DNA of 64,000 nucleotides from Amoebophrya sp. A120 (GCA_905178155.1 CAJINV010000003.1:2437065-2501064); one strand, 5' to 3'. Counted from the stretch's first letter, positions 1 to 13,470 are shown. The notes: a model not told the origin generated them from the sequence alone. Made by a program: numbers and translations.

Positions 1-1718
1 CCACGGGATTTTTTCCGACCAAGACGCGCACTGGGACGACCGGAAGACCTGGCTTAACGATCCGTCCGGTTTGCTGATGGGGATTCCGTACTTCTGCTCG
101 GCGTTTTTGTGTCACTTTAACGTCTTCTCGGTGTTTGCCGAGATGCGCAAGCCGACGCGGGTGCGACTGCAAAAGGTGATGCGCCGCACCATGCTGATCT
201 CCGGGAGCCTGTATTTGGTGATCGCAGCCTGCGGTTTCTACGTTGGGCAGAGCTATCATGTTGAAAAGCGCCCCTATATTTTTTCCCAGAACCAACGAAC
301 TTGAAAGCATTTGTATTGCTGCAAAGCTCCTTATCCTTTCCAATGGAAACATTCTCCATCTTCTTGCATACTCTAGCGACACAAATTTTTGACGCAGACG
401 ACAAGTTCTTTCCATTTGAAAAAACTTTGCACACTTGTTCTGGTAGAATCGGGGCACTTTTCACTTTGATAAGGGTTACGAGAAGTTTGCTTTCTCGGTT
501 TCAGACAAGAAAGTGTCGGAGGTCCTCCCGACGCTGAGTAGAACGAGCGGACGCACACTGCTTTCGGAAGTGCCAGATGATTTTGGACAGCAGCTGCAAA
601 CCCAAAAGTTGCAACAGGAGCACCGTGTTGTTCCAGGCGCTCGACCGGAGCGAGATGATAGCTTTTTCGACGGAATAGAGCATGCGAGCGGGATAATCTT
701 CGCGGGAAAAGCCCCCGGAAGTCTAGCTGCTTCGTGGCCCGCGACTTCTCCGTCGATTCCCTCACAGTCAAGCAGTCATACCTCGTCGCGCGAGACACAG
801 AAAATGATTATTCCGGCGACGAGCATTGTTTCCCATTCTGCAAAAATGACCGGGGTGAAAGACGACCAGAAATTAATCGGAGGTAGTACAACCACTGTAG
901 TTCAACACCTCAGCTCCGCGTCGTGCGACATTGGGGTCCAGGGAAACATTCTCCAAAATTTTCCGCACGACGATTTTTTCGTGAATCTGGGACGGTTCTG
1001 TCTGTTTATCGCCTTGTACTTCACGTATCCGCTGCTAATCCACCCGTGCCGCGCGAGCTTGCACCGCAGTCTGTGCGGCGACACGTACCGAGCGACGGGA
1101 CTTTTACATGGTGGCGAGACCTTCCTGATCATGTTTCTCGCCAGCCTGACGGCGATTTTGGTACCAGAGGTGCAGATCGTGCTCGGCTATGCGGGTTCGA
1201 CATTTGGCATTCTGCTGGCCTTCGTGTTTCCGGCGTTTTTCGTGCTCAAGCTCTCGGTGGCCCGGGACAAGCGCAATCTGATCGCCTTGCTGATCTTCTT
1301 GTTCGGCTGCGTGCTGTGTGTGGCGACGACGGTGATTCAGACGGTGAATGAGGACGTGATGAAGAACGGGAACAACGTGGATGTCCTGCAAGAAGTAGAG
1401 CCGAAAACTACGTCAAACCAACCGGGCGAACGAGAAAGTGCTGCTGTCAGCTGGTACACAAACTACGTGGCGGTCGACGAGGTGACCAAGAAGCCCTTTC
1501 GCCAGGCTGCGCACCCCCGGCAGCTCTGTCTCACCGTGGAAGCGAGCAGCACAACGAAAGTCGAACGGCTGCTCAGATACGTTTCCTTGAAGCAACAGTA
1601 TGACGCCACGGGAACCCCGCCACCCCTCCCGAAAATGGAAAAGTCCTCTGCGTGGGCGCTCTCGCACGGCTGCACGAATGCGACAACCACGGGCGACGCG
1701 GATAGTAGTACATCATAG
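1..1718 (+). CDS. Amino-acid transporter (Aa_trans, SLC38/AVT-like), 5'-partial; interrupted by introner 254-471
   Basis: Motifs IPYFCSAFLCHFNV, QGNILQNFP, FTYPLLIHPCR, VPEVQIVLGYAGST and many TM helices; ORFs 71..304 and 513..1718 join in frame after removing 223 bp. Confidence 0.85.
254..471. mobile_element. Introner IE1 (218 bp, degenerate)
   Basis: TIR TATCATGTTGAAAAGCGCCCC / GGGGCACTTTTCACTTTGATA; flanks AGAGC/AGGGT (3/5 match); removal restores frame. Confidence 0.75.
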
Positions 1719-2425
1719 GGAGGTATTTATTCAAATTCACTGAGCTGCGCTCCTGCCCGTAGAGGCACCAGGAATGGCAATCGAGGAGATATGTCGAAGT
1801 ACTATCTACAGTTGAATTGATTTTCGGAAAGATAGTTTTTACGTTTTCGTTGCAGGTGGAGCCTCTTGTGTTTCGGCGTTCTCTACGAGAATTCAGGAAT
1901 AGACATCAGAGTGGATCACTCAGCTCAAAAAGTGCAGCGACAAAAAAAAATGCAGCAAGTTTGGAATCCGAAATTTTGTTGAGAGAAATGTGAAGATCAT
2001 CCTGCAAAATTGCGATCCAAACTTTTGGCTCCGTCATTTACCAAAATCATGTACAACGATGGATGTGGATCGTCGTTTTCACGTCTTTTGGAGTTCCAAT
2101 GAGTAGATCCCGAAACTGAGCCTACTAACACTATTGCCCAAAAAATGCCTCTGCAGCGACTACGACAAACATGAAAAACAAAAAAAGCGTATATTAGCAT
2201 AACAAGCAGCATTGTGCCATTTTTTCTTTTTCAAATATTGATTTCAAGCTTCAAACATATTTCCTTTCTCCTTGAACCATCTGTGCAGCTCGAAGCAAAG
2301 CTTCGCACGAATGGAGATGGGTCGTGAATTGTGCTCACCTTCCCTTTTTCCTTGTTTTTAAACGCCTTGTTGTGTAATAGTGTCAACATCCCTCATCGAC
2401 GTATTTGTTGTATGTCATCAAAACT

Positions 2426-5400
2426 ATGGCGGACAAGAACGTCGACAGCGCTGCGCTGACAGCCGCAGTGGAAGCGGCTCTCGGCAGGAACGACACGACG
2501 GAAAACAAGGGCGATGAGAAGGAACAAGCAATTGGTTTTGCAGGTCCAAGAAACGGCGCCGGAGAAATAGTTGAGAAAGTAAATCCCAACACGCACGAAA
2601 ATGCAGAGAAGTCCGCCCCGGGGCTGGCCTCTGGAACATCAAGCGTGGCAGATGAACCACTACCACCTGAAGACCCCGTGGCGGATGAGATTCCGGAAAA
2701 CATTTTCGAGTCCCACGACACCCTGATGGATTATCTCTCGGCGGCGATCGCGGGGGACGATGGGGAGAAGGCCCCATCGCCTGAGGATGAGACGACGACT
2801 TTGCGGAAAAAAATCACGGAGAAGCGCGAGATGCTGAAGCGCAAAAAGGAAACCGAGAAGTTGTTGGCCGAGTTGGACCTGGACGAAACCTTGAAGTCTG
2901 GCGTGCTCAGTGATCTTTTCGCGTCCGCCGCCGGGCCGCCGACAGGAGGGGATGCTGAAGCCGAAAAGGGACCTTCGGTTGTAGTGCACGACAACGCGGA
3001 AGCTGAGCTCCAAGAAACTAAATAAACGCCCCTGAACGAAATAACCTATGGCCAGCAAAGCTTAGACGTTTTATGCCGTGCGTGTCGCTCCATGCGGATG
3101 AGCATGAGTGGCGTGGCGCCGGCCAGGTGGCAGCGGTGAAAATCCTTCCAGACGACCGTCTTGGGCGATTGGGCCTTGAGTAAGCGACCCCCTTCTGTCT
3201 CGCGCACCACCAGAATGCGCGTTGCGCCTCTTCCCCGGATCGCGTCGCTGCTCGTTGCGCGCTAGCATTGCGCAACAGAAAGCCAGGAGAGTCTGGCACA
3301 CCAAAATTGCTCCGAGCCACTGGCTCAAGCTGTGCTGCGCAGGAGGGGCGGCGGCTGTAAGTCGCCTGAGTGCTTAGGGCCATTGGGGCCGAAGTCGCAT
3401 CCTGCTCTGCGGGGGTGAAGGGATCAGTGTAGAGGCGTGCAGCGCAGGCGGGCGCAGTGTCAAGTAAAGGCAATCGCTTCTCCTTGTGTGTAGGAGTTGG
3501 TGGGGAAGGCGGAGGAAAAGGCGGGTAGGAAGTAGCGGCTTCGCCGAGGACGCGCACTTTTTGACTAGGTGGCGACGGCGAGGATGCGTGACGGTGGTGT
3601 TGGTGCTACGCCTTTGCTTTGGTAGGGTAATAGCATAGAGCAGGCGAGAAAGAGGGCGAGATGATGGCAAAACTGATTTGCAGTGCGTGGGTCTTTTAGA
3701 GGTTACACGCATCACGCGAGATATCGCTCAGCCTCTTGCACTTGCTTCTCGTCGTTCTACAGCGTTGGCATTTTTGCAACGGTTGCACTTGTCCTGTGCG
3801 AACATACACCGCATGCGCATCGCCATAAAGGAGAAGGGCAGGATCTGGGTGGAGAGTGGTGCGGCCCTCTTTTCCGGCATGCCAGCCCAGCTAGCATTCC
3901 CTCGGGGTGATGACTGCGGCGCACCAAAAAAAAAACGGCGCGGCATCTTGAGAACCCGAGCAATTTTTGCCGGGAATCAAGTAGACGCAGACACCGAAAA
4001 AAGGGCCGCACTCCGGCCGTGCCCCGGCACGTGGTAAAGCCACCCAGATAGTGCGGCCCTCCTGTGAAGCAGACAAAATCTTGGAGACCGCTCCGCCCTT
4101 CGCGAATTCCGGTTGCGGAATTCGAAAAGGGCCGGGGCTACAGCTTTTCGAAGCCTCGCGAGCCATCTTTGCGAAGTGGCAGCCCGCGTCTTTTCGAGTG
4201 TTCCTCCAGCGCCAGAAACCGCAAAAGCCCGGCGCGGGCCCAGTTGAAAAGCTGGGCACCGCATCAGCCGCCGCACCTCCGCGCGGCCCTCGGCGTAGGG
4301 AGAACCGTTTAGCTTGGTCGGCGTCGGGCCGACGGGGGCGCAGCGCTAGCTTAAGTAGTTAGGGTTGTGCAGTGGCCTGGCGCGATATGCCAAACAGTCA
4401 CCACCTGGGAGAAGAGTCAACACACGACAGATGACCGCCTGATAGCTCTAGCACTTGGAAAGTTGGAATGCGGAAGTGCCCTGCTGCCCATAGCGAAACC
4501 AGTTTTATTTTGTTTGGGGGCGTTTATTGTGTTATATCGGTTGTTGTAGTGCACGACAACGCGGAAGCTGCCCCGAAGAGCGACGAAGTCGCAGCGCAGA
4601 AGGCCGGCGAGGGGGCAAAGCCGAAGACGTTTCCGCTGCCGCCGGAACTACTTATGGGCGGCGCGCCGCCCGCGAAGGGACCGAAGGGTGCCGCCCCAAA
4701 GGGCGGTGTATCACGAGGACCGGCTGTTCCCGGCCTCGGAGCTGCACTTGCTGCTGCGGCCGCCGCAAGTAAGGGGAGCGCGCTCTCCCATCTGTTTGCC
4801 TCGGCGTCCGGAGCGACGGCAAGCAAGGGTGGCAAAGGACCAAAAGTGAGCGCGGCGACCGTGCAAGCAAAGGTACTTACTGCTTGGAAAACATTCTGAT
4901 TGGAGAGGCTGATTTTTGATGTCAAAGAAGCTTGCACTCGCCTTGATTTTATTTGGAAGGAGCTTCTTGTTGTTCTTGTTTAATGCGAGTGTGTACGAAG
5001 TAACTTCTAGTGCTACTATTCAATAGAGTTTATTCTCGACACTAATTCAGGCCGGGCAGCTGTTCAGTGCGGGCGCCCTACTGGTCCGCTGGGGAAAAGA
5101 CAAGGGGAAGAGCGAGTTGTTGAAGAAGGGTGTCGCATTGGTAAAAGGGGCAACGCGGATAAAGGGCGCCCTTGGGACGAAAGGAAAAGGCACCACGGCC
5201 GCGAGCGGATCCCCGCGAATGCCAATGCCGAATCCACCTGCCGCCGGCGCAACGGTCCTGCCGGTTCCGCCGCCGGCGGTGGCGGGTCGTGGTCCCGTCG
5301 CGCCACTGCTGCAGGGAAGCGGTGCCTCGAAAGGCGCCCCCGCGGGCAAGCCACAGAAGTCTGCCATGGTGCTGGTTCCGAGCTTGGCCGAGAAGCAGGG

Positions 5401-6436
5401 TGGATTTCCCCCGGCCGCGAAATTTCCACCGCTCGGAGCGCCTGCAAGTAGTACTATCCAAGCACCTGGAATAAAGCAGCGTGTGCTGCCACCTCCACAC
5501 ACAGCGGAAACGTTCCCCGTTCCGGCGCTCCCCCCGAGAATCGTCCCGAACCCGCTTCCTCCTCCTCCTGGAATAAATGCAGTACTACATCATCAGTCGG
5601 CAAACAACATTCTGCCCGTGTCCGGAGCAGTCATGAGGCAAACATTCCCCGCCCCCCCTGGTCCACTCCCGGCGCACCAGAGCTCCGTTGGCGCCAACGG
5701 ACCACAGTTCCCGCCTCCGGCCGGCGCGACCGTGGTTCTTCCCCCGCCCGGCCGCTTTCCACCTCCGATGCCGGCTTCGTCGAGCAAGTACGGCGGTGTC
5801 CCAGTGGCTGGATCATGCGGTGTAGTTCAACCAACGGGAGCAGCTGCACCGCAAGGGACGGCGGATGATGCGCCCTCACCGCCACAAACCGGCGTGAGCG
5901 ACGAAATTCTGGACAACGCGCACGTGGAAGAAAACGACGACGACGATCCGGAATACGATTTTACCAGAATCCCCTTGGAGTCGAACAACCCTAGCGAGGA
6001 CGAAGATGAGCGCGAGGACGCCGGCGGAGGACACTCTTCGTCGTCAGAGGATGGCACGCCCGACGGCAGCCGACCCCGAAAGCGCGCTCGGCGGTGGTGG
6101 GAGGAGCCGGAAAGTCGCGCGAAAAACGATTTTCTGTTCGCGCAGGCTCGTGGGGAGTTGAAAAGCAAGGCCCCTCCCGGTGCGGCATCGGTATCTGCTT
6201 CGCGCAAAGGTGGGGCAGGAAAGTACGGGCTCGCGGGCGGAGGCGGCGTTAAAGGTGGGCCACCAAGTCCTCCCCCAAGAGTAGACCCGGCGGTGGTGGT
6301 CGACGAGGACGACCCAGACCTGCCACAGCCCGCCCTTTCCTTCGAGGCACTGTTGCAAAAGCAAAATCAGTTTCAGGCCGCGGAGAACCTACAAAAGGAC
6401 CGGCTGTCCCAAAACTTTCGACAGTTCAGGAAGTAG
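2426..6436 (+). CDS. Pro/Gly/Ala-rich low-complexity protein of unknown function; exons ~2426-3005, 4571-4872, 5051-6436
   Basis: ORFs 2405..3025, 4468..4899 and 5117..6436 join in frame through removal of 1565 bp between 28-bp direct repeats and a canonical GT-AG intron 4873-5050. Confidence 0.7.
3006..4536. mobile_element. Large TIR-bounded insertion IE2 with GC-rich cargo
   Basis: 28-bp direct repeat of exon sequence at 2978-3005 and 4543-4570; imperfect IR AATAAACGCCCCTGAACGAAATAA (~3021-3045) vs TTATTTTGTTTGGGGGCGTTTATT (~4504-4528); right end ...TTATA followed by TCGGT, which also occurs at 2975-2979. Confidence 0.7.
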
Positions 6437-7032
6437 TACCTTTCTTGTCCGCGCGCTCAGTAAGTACTTACATCACGACGACCCAAGTTGAATTTATGAG
6501 TTGTGAGTCAACAAGTTTCAGTCGAGTTCGAGTAAGAAAAAGAATACAGAACCAGAAAGCCTCAATCGGGCTGGGCACTTTCTGTCCATCGCACGTGTGT
6601 GCGTTTGAAATTGCGGGCAGTCTGTTCGACGTGCCAGCTGGGTGATATGCGGTTCAGTTGCTTGAGTGCAATATCAAAAGCAAAAACCTGGTACAGTTGA
6701 AGGCGTCTGCTTCTCGGAAAGAGCGAACAAGTGTCAAAATCTCTCTGTGCGTAGTACCAAAGAGCCTTAATCGGCTCTGTCGATTGGCTAGCGCCTTTTA
6801 AGGAGTCTTATAATAAATAATAATAATATCAAAACGTGGGAGTGAGCACGGTTCCAAATGGCATGATAGATGAGTGTGCTTGTTGTTTCCGCACGAGAAT
6901 GTCACGTTACCATCGTCTGCTACGAATACAACCTTTGTTTTAATATCCCGCTTACAACACTCGCCTAGGCTCCTTGTGGAAAATTGTTTCAGCTAGACAG
7001 AGACGCGCACGCGAGTCCGACAGCCAGAAGCT

Positions 7033-8787
7033 ATGGTGGGGAAAGCGCCACAGACGCTTCTGCAGGACGAAGCGGATGGAAATGCAGGCAAACGGGATGA
7101 AAAATCCAGTCCTGGCGATGGCGCGGGCGCGGGGCAGATCAGCAGGGAAACCTCAAACGACAGCGACAATCCTTCGTCCGGGACGGGTTCCACACCTGCC
7201 TCCTCGGCGACCACTACTAGCGAGGGCAAAAGACCCATGCCCAGCACCTCGGGCCACGGCGACGAAGACAGCCAGCCTCTGATTTACCACAAGCCCAAGC
7301 TCGTGTTGATTCTGTCGTACGTCCTCCTCATGGTGGCACTTGCGGACTTGTCGCTAAATCGAATTATCACGAACTTTTCCATGGACGTTCTGGCCTTGCA
7401 CACCGTGATCTGGACGATTTTCAACGTGCTCCTATGTCGAGTCGTGATTTTCGCCACGGTGAACGATCACGAGGATTTGCGAGCGCAACAAATCGACGGC
7501 CTGCCCAGGTGGAGCTACTGTCTCACCTCCGTGCGGGCGTTCGGATTCGCCTGCTCCGCGATTTTCTTTGCGGGGTGGTTGGTGGCCTTCCAGGTCTACG
7601 AACTGCAGAATGATGTTTCCAGGACCATCGGGTGGTTGGGTGATTCATTTTTTCCTGACGATGTTCAACGTCCTATCTGGACGACTACCAGCGGAACGTC
7701 TGCGGCGGATGACCGGAAGAACTACATGAAGCAGGAGAAGATCGACTTCTTCTGGAACGCGGTCTGGTATCGCTACCCGCGGGACGCCTCGCGGGAAGTT
7801 GGGAAGTGCAAGTTTTTCGTTCCGATCGAGGAGGAAGAATGGACGCTTTTTTCCACGCCCTGCGTGACCGAACCGGACAGCAAGCAGAACTACTTCGACA
7901 CCGTGGCGGACTTCGAGCAACATGTTGGACAGGGGTTGCGGCTACAACAACCCGGCGGAACGATGCAAGCATCAGCGGACATCAACTTCGGAGGAGGTGC
8001 ACCGGCAAGACCGGTTGAAGATGACCTCGCCCCGATCGGGACCACGACGGAAACGAAGCTCGGCGCTGGCTGGGTTCCGATGCAGTTTTTCCAGGAGAAT
8101 CTCGCCCTGCACCTGGACTACTGGCAGCGGAAGTTCTACGTGCTTTCAGGCGAGGACTACTCGAATTACCGGACCAGAAGCAGTTTGGGTTTGGTCTCGT
8201 CCGCGACGAGTGCGGAATCGGCGGAACAGAGGGAGACCCTCGAAGAGGAGAAATACGATATGATACGGTTGCTCAACTACCACGGTGTCATCGCGTGGTC
8301 CTTCTTCACGGGGATCATGTTTTCCGACCTGTCCAACTACTCCCTCGTGCCCGGCCTGTGGAACGACTGGGGGCTGTGGTTCCACCACGGCTACTCGATC
8401 TGGAGCTTCGTCCTCTGCTTGTGGTTGAACTTTCAGGGCTTCTTTTGGATCGTCCTCGCGCCGCCGTGCGGGGAGCTGGGCACCGGGTTTTTCACCTTCG
8501 CCGCCCTCCGGAAAGGGTCCAAAACACGACAGCTCCTCTACCGGTACGGAATGGTGTTCTCCAACACTTTGCTGATGCTGATGTGGATGCTGTGCTGGTG
8601 GGCGGCGCACCTGCACCGCTTTGCGTTCGGCTTCTTCTTGACCTTTTGTTTCATCTGCCTCTGCTTCGGCCGGGACTACGTCATGCGGGCCAATTTGCAC
8701 AAGTGGAACTACGCGGATGCCGGTGCGGATCTGACTAGTAAAGCCGAGAAGAAGGCGGGAGCCTGTTTGGGAAAGAAGGAAATTTGA
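7033..8787 (+). CDS. TLC (TRAM/LAG1/CLN8) domain membrane protein
   Basis: 584-aa intronless ORF; FFTGIMFSDL...LWFHH...GELGTGF matches the TLC signature; multiple TM segments. Confidence 0.7.
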   Translation: MVGKAPQTLLQDEADGNAGKRDEKSSPGDGAGAGQISRETSNDSDNPSSGTGSTPASSATTTSEGKRPMPSTSGHGDEDSQPLIYHKPKLVLILSYVLLMVALADLSLNRIITNFSMDVLALHTVIWTIFNVLLCRVVIFATVNDHEDLRAQQIDGLPRWSYCLTSVRAFGFACSAIFFAGWLVAFQVYELQNDVSRTIGWLGDSFFPDDVQRPIWTTTSGTSAADDRKNYMKQEKIDFFWNAVWYRYPRDASREVGKCKFFVPIEEEEWTLFSTPCVTEPDSKQNYFDTVADFEQHVGQGLRLQQPGGTMQASADINFGGGAPARPVEDDLAPIGTTTETKLGAGWVPMQFFQENLALHLDYWQRKFYVLSGEDYSNYRTRSSLGLVSSATSAESAEQRETLEEEKYDMIRLLNYHGVIAWSFFTGIMFSDLSNYSLVPGLWNDWGLWFHHGYSIWSFVLCLWLNFQGFFWIVLAPPCGELGTGFFTFAALRKGSKTRQLLYRYGMVFSNTLLMLMWMLCWWAAHLHRFAFGFFLTFCFICLCFGRDYVMRANLHKWNYADAGADLTSKAEKKAGACLGKKEI

Positions 8788-11700
8788 GTTTCGTTTGAGA
8801 AAAGTATGATACGGAATGATCTGCGAAATTTTTCACGGTTTTTTTTGTCTATTTGTGCTGCCATTTGTTGCTTGTGCCATTTTCTGACTCACATACTTTT
8901 TTGGATTTCCATTAAGAATTTCCACCAGAATTACACTTTTTCAACATCATAATTTGCTGTGCATGAGTTTCTAAAGAAAGTAGTACTTTATATATTGCAT
9001 CTGTTGTTACAATTGGTATTTTTTATGTATTTTTACAAGTCGAATTTTTTTGGAGTAGTCTGTACTCAACTCGGCCAATGCTTGATAGGATTCATGATCA
9101 TAATTACGGACATGGCAGGCTTCCAAGAAGACTCCGCACACGACACTTTGTGATTCAGCATCGATCCTTCCTCATGTTTCACCGTTTTATCCACATATCT
9201 TCGACATTGGCATTACTTACGCATCCCAGAGCATGCGCTGTGTTTCAATGTCTATACTGCATCCGGCGACCGCGTACTTTGCCTGCCTGCTGCACTGGTA
9301 GCGACTGGCGAATGCAAGACGATTAAGTAGGCCCTGCAACGAACGTGCGCGCGAGCCGGTCCGTTGTGGAGTCGTTTTCTCTCATGAACATATTTACTTA
9401 GTTCTGATTTTGTAGTGACGAGAGGAATCCATTTGGTTTACTTCGATGATTTCATTAGCGCCTAGGGCGTCACTCTATGCAACGGCACAGCATCATGATT
9501 GTGACCCGTTTATGCAGGAAGTGAATTTTGACTATGACTTTTCGTCGTGGCGTGGTTGAAAAGCTCCGGCTTCGGTTCTCCATTATTTTCCCGAAATCGG
9601 TTTGTTAGTTTCTGTTGTTCTGTTTGTGTGCCTGCATATGATCGATTCGGTATGGACGCTTGCCTGTCGCTGGCTCTTTCGCAAGAGATATTCGTGCTAG
9701 AACCGTGCTACTCGGTCGTGAACAAGCGTCGATTCTCGGTTTGAGTAAGTAAGTCGATAAAAGACATTTTCAAAAAGTAACGTCGGTCATCGTGTATTGG
9801 TATTGCGCGTTGTCCTGGTGGTTGATGGTAGTGCATTGTGACGTCGGTCGTGCAACATTGCGGAATGTCTCGAATGTCTTGGATTGGTTATGATCTACTT
9901 GGACAGCAAGAACTCTGATTGTGACATCTACCCATGGTGACAGGTCTTCCCTTTTCCCTCTTGGAGCAAGCGTAGAAGATTTCTAATACGTATACGTGCC
10001 TTTTTTGATTGCGTGTTCTTGATGTTAATAAGGTGAACACATTCACCGGTATCCTGCGAGAAAAAAAGACGTTGCGTAGTAGAGTTCCTCTCGTCGATAG
10101 AGGCTCTTTTATAAAAAACTGTACGCGATTTTGATTTTGTTTGGTCCGGTGGAATTTTTATCGTTTACCAAAATAAATGAAATTCGTGGGGACGGCACTG
10201 ACTCTCGGGAGTGGAGCTTTTGACGGACCGGCTCCGACTGCAGCCGTAGAGGTCGAGAAATTGTAGCCGAATGGTAATCCGCACAAGCCCACTGCCACAA
10301 ACGCGCTCACTGAAGCCTGGCTTTCATGTTACGACGAGTTTTCCCAAGCTAAACGTAGTTCGGACCGGTTTCCGGGCGTGACGTCCTTCGATGAAGTGTG
10401 CCAGAAACTGCCGGGTGGGCATACCGATGCGAAATACGTGGGGGGGGGAAATGGGGGGGAACGCGTCGTTAAATTCGAAACAAAGTTGGGAACCCCGTGG
10501 GGTAGCTGGGACAGAAGACATGAAGACATGCGATTCTGCTGCGATGTATGGGCCCAAAGCCACGACAACTTTCTGCCAGCTGTGACAGTACAGGGGAACA
10601 AGGGCGTGGGGTTTTCTTCATCTCGCTTCTTTTTTGTGACGTAAGTAGTTGTTTACGCACAGTCGAAAGTAGATTGCTTGAAATTTTTGACCTCCTTTAT
10701 TGACTATCTTCATGCGCTACAGGATTAGGAAGAGCAACTAAGTTTGATGTTTAGATCCAAACGATCGCTCACTTGACTTTGTGCTCGGTCATTCAACACA
10801 CAGTGGGTCTGGCGGCCGAGTCAGAGCCGTTTCTGCACAAAGTGCAGGCGTGGGGTCGAGCGACCCCCTCCACCAGACCTACAGGCTGAAGGCCTCGGCT
10901 CTGTTGCTGGTCGGAAAGCCCGGCACTCAGCCTCCCTGAACGACGTCGATTCTGGCAGCTAGCCGGAGCCCTCTAATGGGAAGCTGAGCCACACCCAAGT
11001 CCGAAAAAACCTAGGCTCACACTGAACGCGTCCGCGCTTGAAGGAAACAGGCGCGCCCTTGTGGTATACATAGGTTGGCTGTCCACTTTAAGATGGGCGC
11101 TCAGTCTCCCTCGGGCTGGAGGAGGGAGTAGCACGCAGCAGCCTACCAAAGGGCACACTGCCAGCATCATCGTCAGGAGATCGCCTTCGTCTTGCGTATT
11201 CATCGGGATAGGCATAGGTGTGCAGTAGGGATCAGTAACAGCAGTGTAGGCGAAGGACCGTTCGGAGATCTATTTCTATTCGCTAAGTTTGTTCTGTTCT
11301 TGCAAGTGAAGAAATGCAATGAAAAGCCGTAGAGTGGAATTCCTTCCAGTCGGGCTGTGATGCCCTCTGGGTAGATATAGATACTAGTCGCGGTATGTTG
11401 ATTTGGCTTTTGCTTATGCATGATTCCAATCGTCCGGGTGGTAGGAAATGGTCCAGGGACAAGTACTATATTGTTCTCCGGCTTCAACTGTCACCAGAAC
11501 TGAACAGCAGAAATTGTCTAGCGTGGGCGGGGTATACACTGACCACTTGAAGACGTGTCGGGGTCTTTTTGAATGGCAAAAACCAAGTACGCTTTTGGGA
11601 ACACCGAGAGGTACAACTCACGATTACCGGAACCAGAAATGCCAGGAGTGGTCTCAGATCCCGAACATGGTTTTCAACAAGGACAAGATGGACGAAACCC

Positions 11701-13470
11701 ACGAGCTGATCACCGCCGTGTCGCCGCCGCAAGACAAAGCAGCGTGGTGCTGCACCTATACTTCATTTGACCCGACGGCCGCTCCACCTCCACTTCAGCT
11801 CCCCGCCGGCGCTCCACAAAACACACAACCGACACATTATGTCGGTTGCTGCTAGGGCGCCAGATTGCAAATGGAATCGAGAGGCGGCGTGGCACGGGGG
11901 CCCGTTGCTGGTTGTTAAGTACTTATATGGCCTGCTCAACTGTGACAATCTATCTCAAGTGTGACGGAGTGGTGCAACTGCTTTGTGAAGAGGGTGTTCT
12001 ATTTTTTAGCGATACGTCGACTGACGAATCGGAATGACAGATCCGCTCACCTTGAGCTGGTTTGCAAGCCGTGACAAACCTGTCGCGCAGAACGCTTAGG
12101 CTGCTCTTGCAGAACGGGTGTACCCTGTCACTTTTGACAGTGTTTCAGCTGCACAGGGTATAGTACCCATGGGTGCTCGGGGTTTCGGGCTCCAAGAGGA
12201 CGAGATTGGACTGCTTATTTTATTTTCTTATTTTCAAATGACTTACTTTGACTTTCACTTTACACATTGATTTCGATATGCAAACTTCTATTTCGACAAT
12301 CTAACAGCACCCAACTTCTGACGTTTTATTTTTCATTTTTCTGCATTAAATCTGAAGATTTTAATTTCCCTCGGTCTTTTCGTTTCTTATTCTTTGTAGA
12401 AGTATCTCTGGTATGATCTAAAAAATCAAAATTTTGTTTCCGAAAATTGAACCTTTTTGTAAAAAGTGAAGAATTGCCTTACGTATCAACTCTGCATTAC
12501 CCTCCTGTTTAGTGGATCTTCTAGCTTTTGAGTGTCAGCACCATTAAGTATTCTTCCTTGAATTTTGTAACCAAAGCACAGATTGCGATGCCATTGCTAC
12601 TTATGCTTATCCGAGGACTCATGATTGATGCAGATGCGAGCAGGGTGCGCAAATCAAATACTTCGACTGCTTCCACCATCTGAACAGTGTGCGTTGGTCT
12701 ACTGTTGACTTACTTACTCGCAAGAAGATCTTGGTCCTACAATTTTGCTTTGACAAGCTTGCGCTACGCACCTTGTCATGTGGTTTGGTATGTTCTTTTC
12801 CGCGCTTCCGTGAAATTTAATCTCGGGAAGGTGGACGTGCCTTGGGGCACAGCTATGTAGTGACTGCGCATACAAAGCGATCGATTGTCCTCGATCCGCA
12901 CGTAAGCCGGCCGCGTCCGTGGCATCAGCAGATCATGCCATCAAGACCGAAAATATTTATACCGAAAACATACAAAATCAAAATCCAGTGTGTCGGTAAC
13001 ATAACAACTTCTTCTGCAGTTCCGGATCTGCACGACAGTGAGTTTCATATGATGTCACTCCTCAGCGCGACTGCACTGCTAAAATGCTTACGCATAGATA
13101 TCAGTTTCAGTTCATCGATATAGAGAAGTTGTGACATCGGGCCGAAGACGAGAAAAAATCAGGATCGCCATCTTGTTTTTTCCCAGGCCCGAAACCACTC
13201 GGATTTGAGTCCGGTTAGAATCGAGGGATGTACCTACTATGGATCGTAACCGTAAGCAAAGTATGTAAAAGATGAAGTAAAAAGAAACAAATTGCCAAGT
13301 GTAAGTAAGTATACTACGACGGACGAGGTAATAAAAACTGTGTTACGAGCGTCGAGCCCTTCGTCGAGAGAGAGCAGTACTTAAGAATGAAAATGGCGCT
13401 TTAGCGCTCGCCCGGTCGCGGCACGAGGAATCTCTTTGAATTGCGAGCGGAAGTGGCGTTTTCCGTGACA

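Noticed and set aside
3311-3329. Relict dinoflagellate spliced leader (TCCGAGCCACTGGCTCAAG vs DCCGTAGCCATTTTGGCTCAAG)
   Set aside because: Only 9 contiguous matches plus gaps, not upstream of a gene; similar short matches occur on the minus strand (~27409-27421, ~53830), consistent with chance.
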